Source: Candidatus Sumerlaeaceae bacterium (GTDB lineage Bacteria > Sumerlaeota > Sumerlaeia > Sumerlaeales > Sumerlaeaceae). From it: a DNA stretch of 64,000 nt. Within the stretch, counting starts at the first letter, position 1. Each line of letters opens with the position of its first letter. The notes beneath the pieces were generated by a model. It did not search any database, had not been told where the DNA came from, and saw only the letters and a program-made list of their open reading frames with translations. The DNA is taken from the NCBI GenBank assembly GCA_051003195.1, contig JBPCLP010000035.1, positions 1 to 64,000 of the forward strand, in the 5' to 3' direction. This document shows, in pieces, positions 37,557 to 47,064 of the stretch. The translations under genes and the position numbers were made by a program.

Positions 37557-39236
37557 TTAGAACTTCACCACGACAATGGTGAGGTCATCAAACTGTTCCT
37601 GCCGTCCCCTGAATTCGAGGGTCGCCTCATGAATTTCATCCCGAAGCTCGTACACTGGAAGTGAAAGGTTGCTGCGGATAATGTCCACCAGCCGTTCCTG
37701 TCCGAAAAGCTGTTTGTGAACATTATGTGCGTCGGTCACGCCATCGGTATACATCACTAGTGTGTCACCGGTTTCCACTTTCACCGTGGCACTCTCGTAT
37801 TCCACGATATCCATTATTCCAAGAAAGCAGCCACCCGTCTGAAGAGTTTCAATCTCTCCGCCCGCCCGGAACAGTAAGGGAAAGCAGTGGCCGGCGTTTG
37901 TATAACTCAGCTCCCTCTTCTGGTGGTTATAGATGGCCAGGAGCATTGTTGCGAACATGTTATTGGTGGCATCACGGCAGGTCCATTCATTGACGGCAGC
38001 GACAATCTCTTCCACCGGTGCGTCACCCGCCTGCATGGCTTCGACACGCAGAGATGCACGAATTGAAGTGGTTAGAATGGCAGCCGCCACGCCCTTCCCG
38101 CTCACGTCTGCAACCACCAGGCCAAGGCGATTGTCCGCCATGGCAATAAAGTCGTAGTAATCACCGCCAACATGACGCGCCGGCAGGCTCATGGCCGCGA
38201 ACTCCACCCCGGGGATGTACGGGTATTCCCTGGGCAACAGGTTCATCTGGATGCCGCGTGCAATCTCCAGTTCTCTTTCAAGCTTCTGGCGCTCGATTGC
38301 CTGCTGATGCAGCCGTGCGTTCACAATTGCCATCGCAGCCTGGTTGGCAATTCCGGTGATCAGGTCGAGTTCGTCATTCGTGTAGTAAATGGTTCCAGGT
38401 TCCTGGGAGTCGACGTACAGCACGCCCAGCACCTCACCTTTACTTACCAGCGGGGCACATATCACGGAACGGATTCGCCCCATCACCACACTGTCATTTG
38501 CTGAAAAGCGCAAATCCGAAGGCGCGTCCGACACAAGGATCGCGACTTTTTCACTCATGCATCGCTCGATGATTCCGCGGCTGATGTTGATCTCGCTCAT
38601 TGTCTCTTCACGCGTCCGAACAACCACTGGCTCGAGCGTTTTGTCGACTTCATCGGACAGCAGAATTATGCCACGGTGTGGAGTAACGACCGTCCACAGG
38701 ATGTCCATGATCTTACGCAGAAGATCGCCCAACTCCAGTTCCGATCGAATGCTGTCGGCGACCTGGTAAACGACTTTCAGCCTTTTGACGGGGTCGCTGA
38801 GGATTTCTCGTTGCACCTCGACGACTGGCAGCGGCGCGGTATCGGCTTCTACGGGCTGCTCTTCGTGTTCTGCGGTCAGTTCCCCCGGTATAAGTTTGAC
38901 CGAGCTTGTCCCGGTTGCGCTGCTTGTCGGCGATGACGGGTCGTCTGGTTCTCGTTCGAAAATGATCAGCGTGTCGCCAATTAAAAGCTGGTCACCGTAC
39001 TTGAGTTTCACCCGGCCTATCAGTGGTTCTTCGTTGAGCAGCGTGCCGTTCTTGCTGCCAAGATCTTCAGCCACAAAGGAGTCGCGGTTCTGGCGCAGAA
39101 CCGCGTGATGACGGCTGACGCGCTTGTCGACTATCTGCACTGTGCTCGACGCACTGCGCCCGATGGTAATGGCTTCCCCTCGGATGGGGTACACCATTCC
39201 AGATTCGGTGCCATTTTCAATGATGAGTCTGGACAT
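37557..39236 (-). CDS. FHA-GAF-SpoIIE (PP2C) phosphatase
   Basis: IGRS..VSRHHA..DLGSKNGT; GAF; VGGDYYD, ADVSGKG, YTDGVTD, DDLT. Confidence 0.92.
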   Translation of the reverse strand: MSRLIIENGTESGMVYPIRGEAITIGRSASSTVQIVDKRVSRHHAVLRQNRDSFVAEDLGSKNGTLLNEEPLIGRVKLKYGDQLLIGDTLIIFEREPDDPSSPTSSATGTSSVKLIPGELTAEHEEQPVEADTAPLPVVEVQREILSDPVKRLKVVYQVADSIRSELELGDLLRKIMDILWTVVTPHRGIILLSDEVDKTLEPVVVRTREETMSEINISRGIIERCMSEKVAILVSDAPSDLRFSANDSVVMGRIRSVICAPLVSKGEVLGVLYVDSQEPGTIYYTNDELDLITGIANQAAMAIVNARLHQQAIERQKLERELEIARGIQMNLLPREYPYIPGVEFAAMSLPARHVGGDYYDFIAMADNRLGLVVADVSGKGVAAAILTTSIRASLRVEAMQAGDAPVEEIVAAVNEWTCRDATNNMFATMLLAIYNHQKRELSYTNAGHCFPLLFRAGGEIETLQTGGCFLGIMDIVEYESATVKVETGDTLVMYTDGVTDAHNVHKQLFGQERLVDIIRSNLSLPVYELRDEIHEATLEFRGRQEQFDDLTIVVVKF

Positions 39237-39401
39237 GCAGAGTGAACCGGCTCGACAGAGTTTCTAAGGTATTTAAATGTGAATCGCAGGGCATGTAGTG
39301 CGGTTCAGGCACGCATTCAAGCGCTAAAGACCGGGATTGCCGCATGCACCCAATGTTCTCGGGTCCGCTGGCTGGTCTACCTCCAGCAAGTGCGCAGATT
39401 A

Positions 39402-40118
39402 CTACTCCACCGAGACGTTAGCCGTGCGACGTGACTTCCAGTACTCATAAAGTAGCGGTGTCACAGAAAGAATGATGATGATAATGACGACTTTTTCTAA
39501 ATGCCTGCGGACGATTTCCAGGTTGCCCAGGTAGTAGCCAAGCACCATCATGCTGATGACCCATCCTGCGCCTCCAAAAACATTAAAACTCAGGAACTTG
39601 GAATAGCGCATTTGCCCGGCGCCCGCAACGAGTGGTGCGAAAGTGCGGATAATCGGAACAAAACGTGCGTATATAATTGTCTTGCCGCCATGGCGGTCGT
39701 AGAAGCGCTGAGCCTTAATCAAATGGTTTTTGTTGAACAGAAAAGCGATGAGGCGATCTCTGACGCTGGTACCAGTCGTTTCCCCCTTCGTAAAAATGCG
39801 GGGGCCCATGTTATAGCCTATAGAGTAGCCAACAGCATCGCCAAGAATGGCGGCTACAATCAGGAGTGGGGCGAGTGCCCAGATGTTCAATGCGCTGTTG
39901 CTCGCGGCGCATACAAAACCTGCTACGAACAGTAAGGAATCTCCGGGTAAGAAGAAGATGAAGACGCCAGTTTCCACAAATACGATCAGAAACAGTAAGA
40001 TGTATGCAAGCCAACCCCAGCTTTGCAGAATCTGTTGGAGCGATTCAGGGTTAAAAAGTGCGCGTAGAAATTCGAGAGGGTGGTTTAAAAGCAGGTCGGG
40101 TGTCAGTTCCAATGGCAA
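39402..40118 (-). CDS. DedA/VTT family membrane protein
   Basis: ETG..FLPGDSLLFVAG, ARFVPIIRTFAP. Confidence 0.92.
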   Translation of the reverse strand: MPLELTPDLLLNHPLEFLRALFNPESLQQILQSWGWLAYILLFLIVFVETGVFIFFLPGDSLLFVAGFVCAASNSALNIWALAPLLIVAAILGDAVGYSIGYNMGPRIFTKGETTGTSVRDRLIAFLFNKNHLIKAQRFYDRHGGKTIIYARFVPIIRTFAPLVAGAGQMRYSKFLSFNVFGGAGWVISMMVLGYYLGNLEIVRRHLEKVVIIIIILSVTPLLYEYWKSRRTANVSVE

Positions 40119-40281
40119 ACCTCATAATAATCTTATTAGATATCGGTGGTACAGACGCAAAAATGCAGAGCTGTCATAGATGGCAATGTAGGCGTAAAGC
40201 AAAATCGCTGGAGTGTGGTGCGCACTCGGGGACTTTGGGTGAGTAAAGATTCCCGTGACTTGAGAGCAGCAAGTTCGCCAA

Positions 40282-40887
40282 CTAAGGATTTTCCTCCGTA
40301 ATAAAGCTCGCTTGCTCGCCTTCGTCCTCGGGTACGGTGTGGCAACCGCGGCAACGCGCCTCGTAGAGATCGGCTGAGCCAATGAGTACCAGGTCAGCGC
40401 TAAGCACTTTGCGCTGCGTGCGATTGGCAGGGTTGCCACAGACCATACAGATCGCCAGCGTCTTCTCGATGTATTCGGCCCGGGCGAGAAGCTCGGGCAT
40501 CGGGTACCAGGGCAACCCCCGATAGTCCTGGTCCAGCCCGGCACAGATTACTCGAACCCCCCGCGTGGCGAGCTGCTCCACAACCGGCACAATACCCGGT
40601 CCAAAGAACTGCACTTCATCGATGCCCACGACCTCCGTGTCTCCATCGAGGTGGTCATGAATCTCTTTGGGGTCATCGATCGCAATGCACTCGACGTGCT
40701 GCTGCGAGTGCGAACTGATGGTTCCGCCCGTATCATAGCGTTTGTCGATTCGAGGCTTGAACGCCACAACGCGCTGCCGAGCAATATGCGCGCGGCGCAA
40801 ACGCCGGATAAGCTCCTCACTTTTGCCGCTGAACATGCTGCCGCAGATCACTTCGATCCAGCCGGTCTTTGACTTCATTATGTGCAT
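40282..40887 (-). CDS. tdk: Thymidine kinase
   Basis: ICGSMFSGKSEEL, IDEVQFF, Zn-site CMVC/CRGC. Confidence 0.95.
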   Translation of the reverse strand: MHIMKSKTGWIEVICGSMFSGKSEELIRRLRRAHIARQRVVAFKPRIDKRYDTGGTISSHSQQHVECIAIDDPKEIHDHLDGDTEVVGIDEVQFFGPGIVPVVEQLATRGVRVICAGLDQDYRGLPWYPMPELLARAEYIEKTLAICMVCGNPANRTQRKVLSADLVLIGSADLYEARCRGCHTVPEDEGEQASFITEENP

Positions 40888-40972
40888 GGAATGTGAGAAG
40901 AAGCGACTGTGGAAACCGCGTCAAAGAGAGATTGCAGCTATGCACCAGAAACGTCTGTAAAAAACCTGCTGC

Positions 40973-41962
40973 TTAGCTGTAGCGGATACGCGGATCGAAA
41001 TAGGCGTACAGGATATCCACGATGAAGTTGATTGTGACGAACAGAAAAGTCACAAAAAGCACAGTTCCCATGATCACGGGCAGATCCCGGAATTCGATGG
41101 CCTTCCGGACAAGAAACCCCAGTCCCGGCCACTGGAACACGCTTTCAGTAAGGATTGCGCCCGTAAGGTAATCGGCAAAGCTGAGGCCAACCACCGTGGT
41201 GATTGGAATCATAGCGTTGCGAAGCTGATGTTTGAATACCACTGCCCTTTCCGTTAAACCTTTCGCGCGTGCCGTTCGCAAAAAATCTGCATTAGCAATC
41301 TCAAGTACTGCAGATCGGGTCATGCGGGAAAGGTAAGCGATGCTGCGCGAGCCAAGGGTGATAGCCGGGAGGACGAGGTACCTCAAGTCGAGCGCCGGCA
41401 GCAGTTCAGAACCCTCGTTCCAGCCTCGCAATGGCGGAACCACCAGAAAACCACTGTCGGCTCCGGTACCGCTGATGTAATTGTAGCCGAGTGCAGCAGC
41501 AAGCATGACCAGGCCGATACCGACAACGAATACCGGCGTCGATATTCCGAGCAGTGCCAGCGCCAATATCGTTCGATCCACCCAGGTGTCGCGCATCAGT
41601 GCGGCGATGATCCCGAGCGAAAGGCCAACGGTAACCGACAGGAAAAATGCGGCCAGTCCCAGCTGTATCGTACGGGCAAAGTGCTGCCCAATCCTTTCCG
41701 AGACCGGAGTGCCAAAGCGCATGCTGATACCCAGGTCGCCCTTGGGAATGCCTTTAATGTAATACCACATCTGTGTCAAAGGCGGGTCGTCCAGGTGCCA
41801 CTCGGCTCGCAGTCGTTTGCGTACATCCTCGCTGATCGTCTGCCCGCCAGCCATGCTGGTGGGGTCCCCGGGAATCATTCTCATGATCAGGAACGTTATA
41901 ACCACAACTCCCAGCAGGGTGGGAATGAGCTGAGCAAAACGTTTGCCGATAAAACTCAACAC
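40973..41962 (-). CDS. Peptide/nickel ABC transporter permease (DppB/OppB-like)
   Basis: LVLPAITLG, RTARAKGL..HQLRNA, DPRIR. Confidence 0.92.
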   Translation of the reverse strand: MLSFIGKRFAQLIPTLLGVVVITFLIMRMIPGDPTSMAGGQTISEDVRKRLRAEWHLDDPPLTQMWYYIKGIPKGDLGISMRFGTPVSERIGQHFARTIQLGLAAFFLSVTVGLSLGIIAALMRDTWVDRTILALALLGISTPVFVVGIGLVMLAAALGYNYISGTGADSGFLVVPPLRGWNEGSELLPALDLRYLVLPAITLGSRSIAYLSRMTRSAVLEIANADFLRTARAKGLTERAVVFKHQLRNAMIPITTVVGLSFADYLTGAILTESVFQWPGLGFLVRKAIEFRDLPVIMGTVLFVTFLFVTINFIVDILYAYFDPRIRYS

Positions 41963-41990
41963 GAGATGCGACTCGGAAGGCGGAAATGCA

Positions 41991-43631
41991 CTACTTGTTG
42001 CCTTTCAGCCCGATATCAATGTCGATATCCGTGCACTTGCTGGCGTTGATCAGCAGCTCAGGTTCAAAATGTTTCACCCATTTCTGGATCGCGGTATCGC
42101 TTCGCCTGTGGTAAAGAAAAACCCACGGGCAATCCTCGATGATCATATCCTCGGCTTGTTGAAACATCTGGATGCGCTTCTGCGGGTCCGCTTCGGCAAC
42201 CGCTGCATCGATCAGCTTGTCGAACTCAGGATTGTTATAACGGCATCCGTTGCCCTTGCGCGGGATGTTTTTAGAGTGGAAGCTCGGCTCGAGCGCGTTT
42301 TCGATATCCGGATAATCCAGCCACCACGAGTAGTAATACATATCCGGCTCCCCGTTGTAAACGGCTTCGCGAAACGCCGCGATATCCCGGCGAAGAATGT
42401 TAACGTGGACGCCTATTTTTCCCAGGTCGGCTTTTGCGGCCGCGCACATCTCGTCTGTTTGCGCTTCGGTGCGTTCCCATAGCGAGATGGTAAGGTCTTT
42501 CACGCCGGCTTCGGCCAGCAACGCTTTTGCCTTTTCAGGGTCGTAGGCCCTTGGTTTGAGCTCCGGCCGGTAGCCTTGCACCAGATCGGGAACCGGTCCG
42601 AATGCGTGCGCGCCGCGGCTAAGCTGCAGTTTCTCAAAAATAGCAGTCGTGTTGATTGCGTGGGAGATTGCCTGTCGCACCCGCTTGTCTTTCAACGCAG
42701 GTTTTGAATTGTTAAATGCAAAGAAGTAGGTGTTCATTTCAGGCACTTTTACCAGTGCAGCTTTCGCTTCAGGATCCTTTATCCACTGGAGGTAGACCGC
42801 AAAGCCGGGTGTGTACTGGTCGATTTTCCCAAGCTTGTACAACTGCCGCTGAACCGAATCGTCCACCTGCACATTGTATACGAACCGATCCACCTTCGGC
42901 CTCTCACCCCAGTAATGCTCATTCCGTCGGAATTCCAGCCGCTGATCGTGCTCCCACTTATCGAGCACCCATGGACCCGTGCCAACGGGGTTCTTTTCGA
43001 ATTCCTGGCTTGGTCTGGCGGTTCCCGCGGAATTCTCCGGAATAATAGCGCCGCTGGGCATGGCGAGCTTCATTAGAAACGGCTGATACGGACGACGGAG
43101 CTTGATCAAAACCGTTTTCGGATCTGGTGTCGAGAGCCCCTGCAGCGTGTGAGTAGTTCCGCCACTCACCGCGTCGGCGCCGGCAATTTCTTCGACAACG
43201 TATTTTCGGTCGCTGTTAGTTTCCGGCCAAAGCAGCCGGCTGAAGGAGTACTGCACGTCCGCGGATGTGACAGGTGCTCCGTTGGAGAATTTGGCCTCGC
43301 GAAGATGAAACGTATAGCTGGTACCATCTTCGCTTATCTCCCAGCTTTGTGCTAAAGCGGGCACAGTCTCTGTTCCCTTGCCGAAGTTGACGAGGCCATC
43401 GAACAAAAGCCCGCTGGCGATTCCCTCATACACGTCATAACTGAAAGCCGGATCAAGATGCTTTGGTTCATCGGTATTCACATAATTGAAAACCTTCGCG
43501 GGCTTTTGATCACCAGGCTTCGCCGCCTCGTCGCCAGGGGTCGCGCGTTTTTCTCCGCAACCTGTTAAAAGCACGATCGCCAATGCTGCTACCACTGGCC
43601 ACAAGGGAACACGTGAAATCGAGTAGTTCAA
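41991..43631 (-). CDS. Peptide ABC transporter substrate-binding lipoprotein (family 5)
   Basis: Lipobox LTGC, LDPA, PALAQSWEIS, PVGTGPW. Confidence 0.92.
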   Translation of the reverse strand: MNYSISRVPLWPVVAALAIVLLTGCGEKRATPGDEAAKPGDQKPAKVFNYVNTDEPKHLDPAFSYDVYEGIASGLLFDGLVNFGKGTETVPALAQSWEISEDGTSYTFHLREAKFSNGAPVTSADVQYSFSRLLWPETNSDRKYVVEEIAGADAVSGGTTHTLQGLSTPDPKTVLIKLRRPYQPFLMKLAMPSGAIIPENSAGTARPSQEFEKNPVGTGPWVLDKWEHDQRLEFRRNEHYWGERPKVDRFVYNVQVDDSVQRQLYKLGKIDQYTPGFAVYLQWIKDPEAKAALVKVPEMNTYFFAFNNSKPALKDKRVRQAISHAINTTAIFEKLQLSRGAHAFGPVPDLVQGYRPELKPRAYDPEKAKALLAEAGVKDLTISLWERTEAQTDEMCAAAKADLGKIGVHVNILRRDIAAFREAVYNGEPDMYYYSWWLDYPDIENALEPSFHSKNIPRKGNGCRYNNPEFDKLIDAAVAEADPQKRIQMFQQAEDMIIEDCPWVFLYHRRSDTAIQKWVKHFEPELLINASKCTDIDIDIGLKGNK

Positions 43632-43756
43632 ATCGGCAACCTGCCATTTGATAAATGATGCGCGCAGTTTGCGCGAGCGAATTCAAAGGGTGCAGTGCTG
43701 CTCGCCGATCAAGAAAAACCTGCCGAACAGGCAACTCCGCTATCTGCTGGCAGGAT

Positions 43757-46717
43757 TCAGGCGTGCAGCGTCTGCTCTGACACTACTTCGAGTACGTTCC
43801 CCTCGGATACACTCGCGGGCTGCCGTTGAGGCAGCAGCAGCGTGATTGTAGTTCCACGGTGCAGCTCCGAACGGACAAGGATATGACCGTCGTGGCTCTG
43901 GATAAACTGAAGCGTGGCCGAAAGCCCCAACCCGGTCCCGCGTGAACATTTCGTGCTGAAGAACGGCTCAAACAGACGATGCAGAATCTCGGGATTTATG
44001 CCATCCCCGCTATCACTCACATCAATGCGAAGCATCGGTTCATTCGGTGCAGAATCCAGACTGGTAATTGCCCTGCAACTTGCGTTGGCTCCTTTTAGAG
44101 AACACGCTTCGTCGCACTCTCTGAACAGCTCCTGCACTTCTTCAGAAGAGGCCAGGCGAGCCGACAGAAGAAGCTGGCCGCTGGACTGCATCGCATCCAG
44201 CGAATTCAATCCAAGATTCAGCAGCGCGCGATACAGGCGGTCCGTATCCAGGCAAAACTCGCGTGCGCTCGGATCTACCTTGGAATAGACTTCAACACCT
44301 TCTGCGAGTGCCGAGGTTCGCAATATGGCTATGACCTCGTCCAACAACTCCTCGATATTCGAAACGCAGAAATTTGCATGGCGGTCCTTGGAAATATCGA
44401 GCATGTTGAGCAGCAAAAGGCTGATTCTTGCAGTCGAGCGCTTTAACAGGTCCTGGGCCTGGAGCAGTACGGGGTTTACCGAGTCCGCCGTGTCGCAACA
44501 ACGGTCGACGAGAAACATACCGCCATTAAGGCCGGTCAGCATATTCTTCATGCAGTGGCCGATACTCGCCATGGCTCGGCCAATTACCGCGAGTTTTTCA
44601 GCTGCATGTAGTTCCTCCTGCAACCTGCGTTGCTCCTGCTCGGTTTGCAGCCGCTCCGTGACATCGAGTGCAATACCCACGACGCCGCTGATTACACCGT
44701 CTGTCCTGCGAAGAGGCTGCACGCTGGCCTGGTATTGGCGGTTCGCACTGCCGAGCATGAAGGTTGCCGTGACACCCGTTTTTACTGAAAGCTCGTGCGC
44801 CTCCTTGAGCGCCTTACCCTCGTCGTCCAGCCCAGTCAGTACTTCGCTGACGTGTCTGCCCATGATTTCCCCGGGTGATTTTTCCATCCATGGCTCCGCA
44901 TCAATTCCGGCAAATCGCCCCAGCACGCTGGTTATGCGCAGCTCTTCGTCGGTGGTATAAAGCAGGGCCGGTATCTGGCTGACTATCAGTTCCAGTCGCT
45001 GTTCACTGCGCGCAAGCGCGCTTTCCGCAATCCTCAGTCGCGTAACATCGCTACCCACTGCCTGGTATTGAATGACGTTGCCAGCTTCATCGAAATTGCC
45101 GCGATAAGTCCAGATCAGACGGAAGGTTTCTTTGTCGGGTCCCAGGAGCGCATGCTCAATGTCGACCGCCGGGTTCGTTGGCTTAATCAGGTTTAGCAAT
45201 AACCGGATCCGCTTCTGGTCCGCATGGGCAACGAAGCTCATGTAGTTGCTTGAGATCAGCTCGCAAGAAGGAGTGTGCAACGTACGCGCGAAGGACTGGT
45301 TGCAGAATGTCAGTGTAAAATCCGTGCTGAATCGAACGATTAACTCGCTTTGATCTTCGACAATTTCACGGTACAGCGTTTCGCTGCGCTGGAGTTCCTC
45401 CGCAGCGTGGATACGTGCCATCGCGGTACCGCATTGATCTGCAAAAGCGCCCAGCAATTCAAGTTCCGGTTCATGATAACGGTGCGGGTGATAACTTTGC
45501 ACGCTAATCACGCCCAGCACTTCGTTCTGCCAAACGATGGGAGCAAACATCAGCGAGAGAGACTTGCGATGTACGTGGCCGATCCGTTGAAATGGTTGCT
45601 CTGCGGTCTGGTCGGCCTCCAACGCACGATTCACGAGGCGGGGTTTGCCATTCGCGAAAGCAGGCTGGTAGGGTAATACATCCAGTTGCCGTGTGACAGG
45701 AACCGGACTGGGTGCAGATGCCCCAATCGCAGTATCTTCGATCCAGAAGTGCCGCAAAGAGTTTTGCGCTGCAGAATAGCGGCTGAACCAGAATGCGTCG
45801 TGCTTAAATACTCGCGTACATTCCTCGGCTACAATCTGCCCAAGCTCCTGCTCATCGGCCGTGTTGCTAAGCCGCTGTGCCAGCCGGATGAGAGATTCGC
45901 GCTGCGCTTCTGCCATCGCGCGATCTGTGACATCCACAAGCGTTGCCAGGTAGCCGGCCGCCGTCTCTTCGGGATTAAGCCGCACCAGGTTTAGCTCGCA
46001 TACGCACGTCTGTCCCGCAGGCAGCTTGATCACCAGTTCTCGCCTGTCGGGGAGAGTCTCAGCGGTTCTTGCGCGCGACGAAGCTGTGTATTCGGCAAAG
46101 GATTCATCACTTGGAAAAAGCTCACGCAGCGAAGTGCCGGGCCGCTCGACCGCATCGAACAACTGCTTCATCGAATCGTTTGCCCAGACCACACTCCAGT
46201 CGTCCCGCAGGCTTGCAAGTGCAGCAGGGGTGGCCCGCAGAATGGCGTCGTGGCTCATCTGCAGTTGACGTACCTGGCTGCGGCTGGCGCGCAACTCCTT
46301 GTCAGCACGTTTGCGCTCGATTGCATGCGCGATGGCTCGTTTGAGCGTCCGGCTGTCGAGTTCGTCCTTGGTTAAAAAGTCCTGCGCGCCCCCACGGAGC
46401 ATTAAACGCGCGATATCTTCGCCCCCACTTGCAGTGATCACGATGGTCGCTGCAAGCGGCGCTGCTGCGTTGACCGCGCGCACCGTGTCCAGTCCAAGAC
46501 TGTCGGGAAGATTAAGATCCAGCAGCACAACATCGACCGGCTCACTGTTCAGCTCGGTAATGGCTTGTCTCAGAGTCTGCGCATGCCGAATCTGAGGCGT
46601 TGGCTCGCCAAGCAGAAGGCACTTCTGAATCATGAGAGCGTAGTCCGGTTCGTCCTCCACGATAAGTGCCGTAAAGGACGATCCCTGAACGTTAGCGCGG
46701 CTATTGATGTCTTGCAC
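43757..46717 (-). CDS. Multi-sensor histidine kinase (REC-PAS-GAF-PAS-PAS-HK)
   Basis: REC LLDLNLPDS; H-box IGHCMKN; PFFSTK..GTGLGL. Confidence 0.85.
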   Translation of the reverse strand: MQDINSRANVQGSSFTALIVEDEPDYALMIQKCLLLGEPTPQIRHAQTLRQAITELNSEPVDVVLLDLNLPDSLGLDTVRAVNAAAPLAATIVITASGGEDIARLMLRGGAQDFLTKDELDSRTLKRAIAHAIERKRADKELRASRSQVRQLQMSHDAILRATPAALASLRDDWSVVWANDSMKQLFDAVERPGTSLRELFPSDESFAEYTASSRARTAETLPDRRELVIKLPAGQTCVCELNLVRLNPEETAAGYLATLVDVTDRAMAEAQRESLIRLAQRLSNTADEQELGQIVAEECTRVFKHDAFWFSRYSAAQNSLRHFWIEDTAIGASAPSPVPVTRQLDVLPYQPAFANGKPRLVNRALEADQTAEQPFQRIGHVHRKSLSLMFAPIVWQNEVLGVISVQSYHPHRYHEPELELLGAFADQCGTAMARIHAAEELQRSETLYREIVEDQSELIVRFSTDFTLTFCNQSFARTLHTPSCELISSNYMSFVAHADQKRIRLLLNLIKPTNPAVDIEHALLGPDKETFRLIWTYRGNFDEAGNVIQYQAVGSDVTRLRIAESALARSEQRLELIVSQIPALLYTTDEELRITSVLGRFAGIDAEPWMEKSPGEIMGRHVSEVLTGLDDEGKALKEAHELSVKTGVTATFMLGSANRQYQASVQPLRRTDGVISGVVGIALDVTERLQTEQEQRRLQEELHAAEKLAVIGRAMASIGHCMKNMLTGLNGGMFLVDRCCDTADSVNPVLLQAQDLLKRSTARISLLLLNMLDISKDRHANFCVSNIEELLDEVIAILRTSALAEGVEVYSKVDPSAREFCLDTDRLYRALLNLGLNSLDAMQSSGQLLLSARLASSEEVQELFRECDEACSLKGANASCRAITSLDSAPNEPMLRIDVSDSGDGINPEILHRLFEPFFSTKCSRGTGLGLSATLQFIQSHDGHILVRSELHRGTTITLLLPQRQPASVSEGNVLEVVSEQTLHA

Positions 46718-47064
46718 GATGGGGTACTTTCACGCTCAACTCGGTGCTGTCAGCGCCGCATCTCAAGATGCCAGACAAAGCGCATTCCAGCTAGGTTGCT
46801 GCATCCTGTCGACCATGGGCAGCACAGCGCTACAAAATGCAATGAAAATTGTGCGTGTGGTTATCCGCGACGTTCTTGTTCCGACAGCGCAGTAGAGATT
46901 TGGTAGCGCTTTAGTTGCATTGATCACATCGCGGCACGACCGATGGTCAAAATATGCGTTTTCTGTGATCGCCATAAAATCCTTGCCCTTCAGCGTTTGC
47001 GATCAAAGCTCCGCTGGTTAATCTGTGCCGCCAGGTGTGGCAAGTCTAGATAATAAAGGGTATT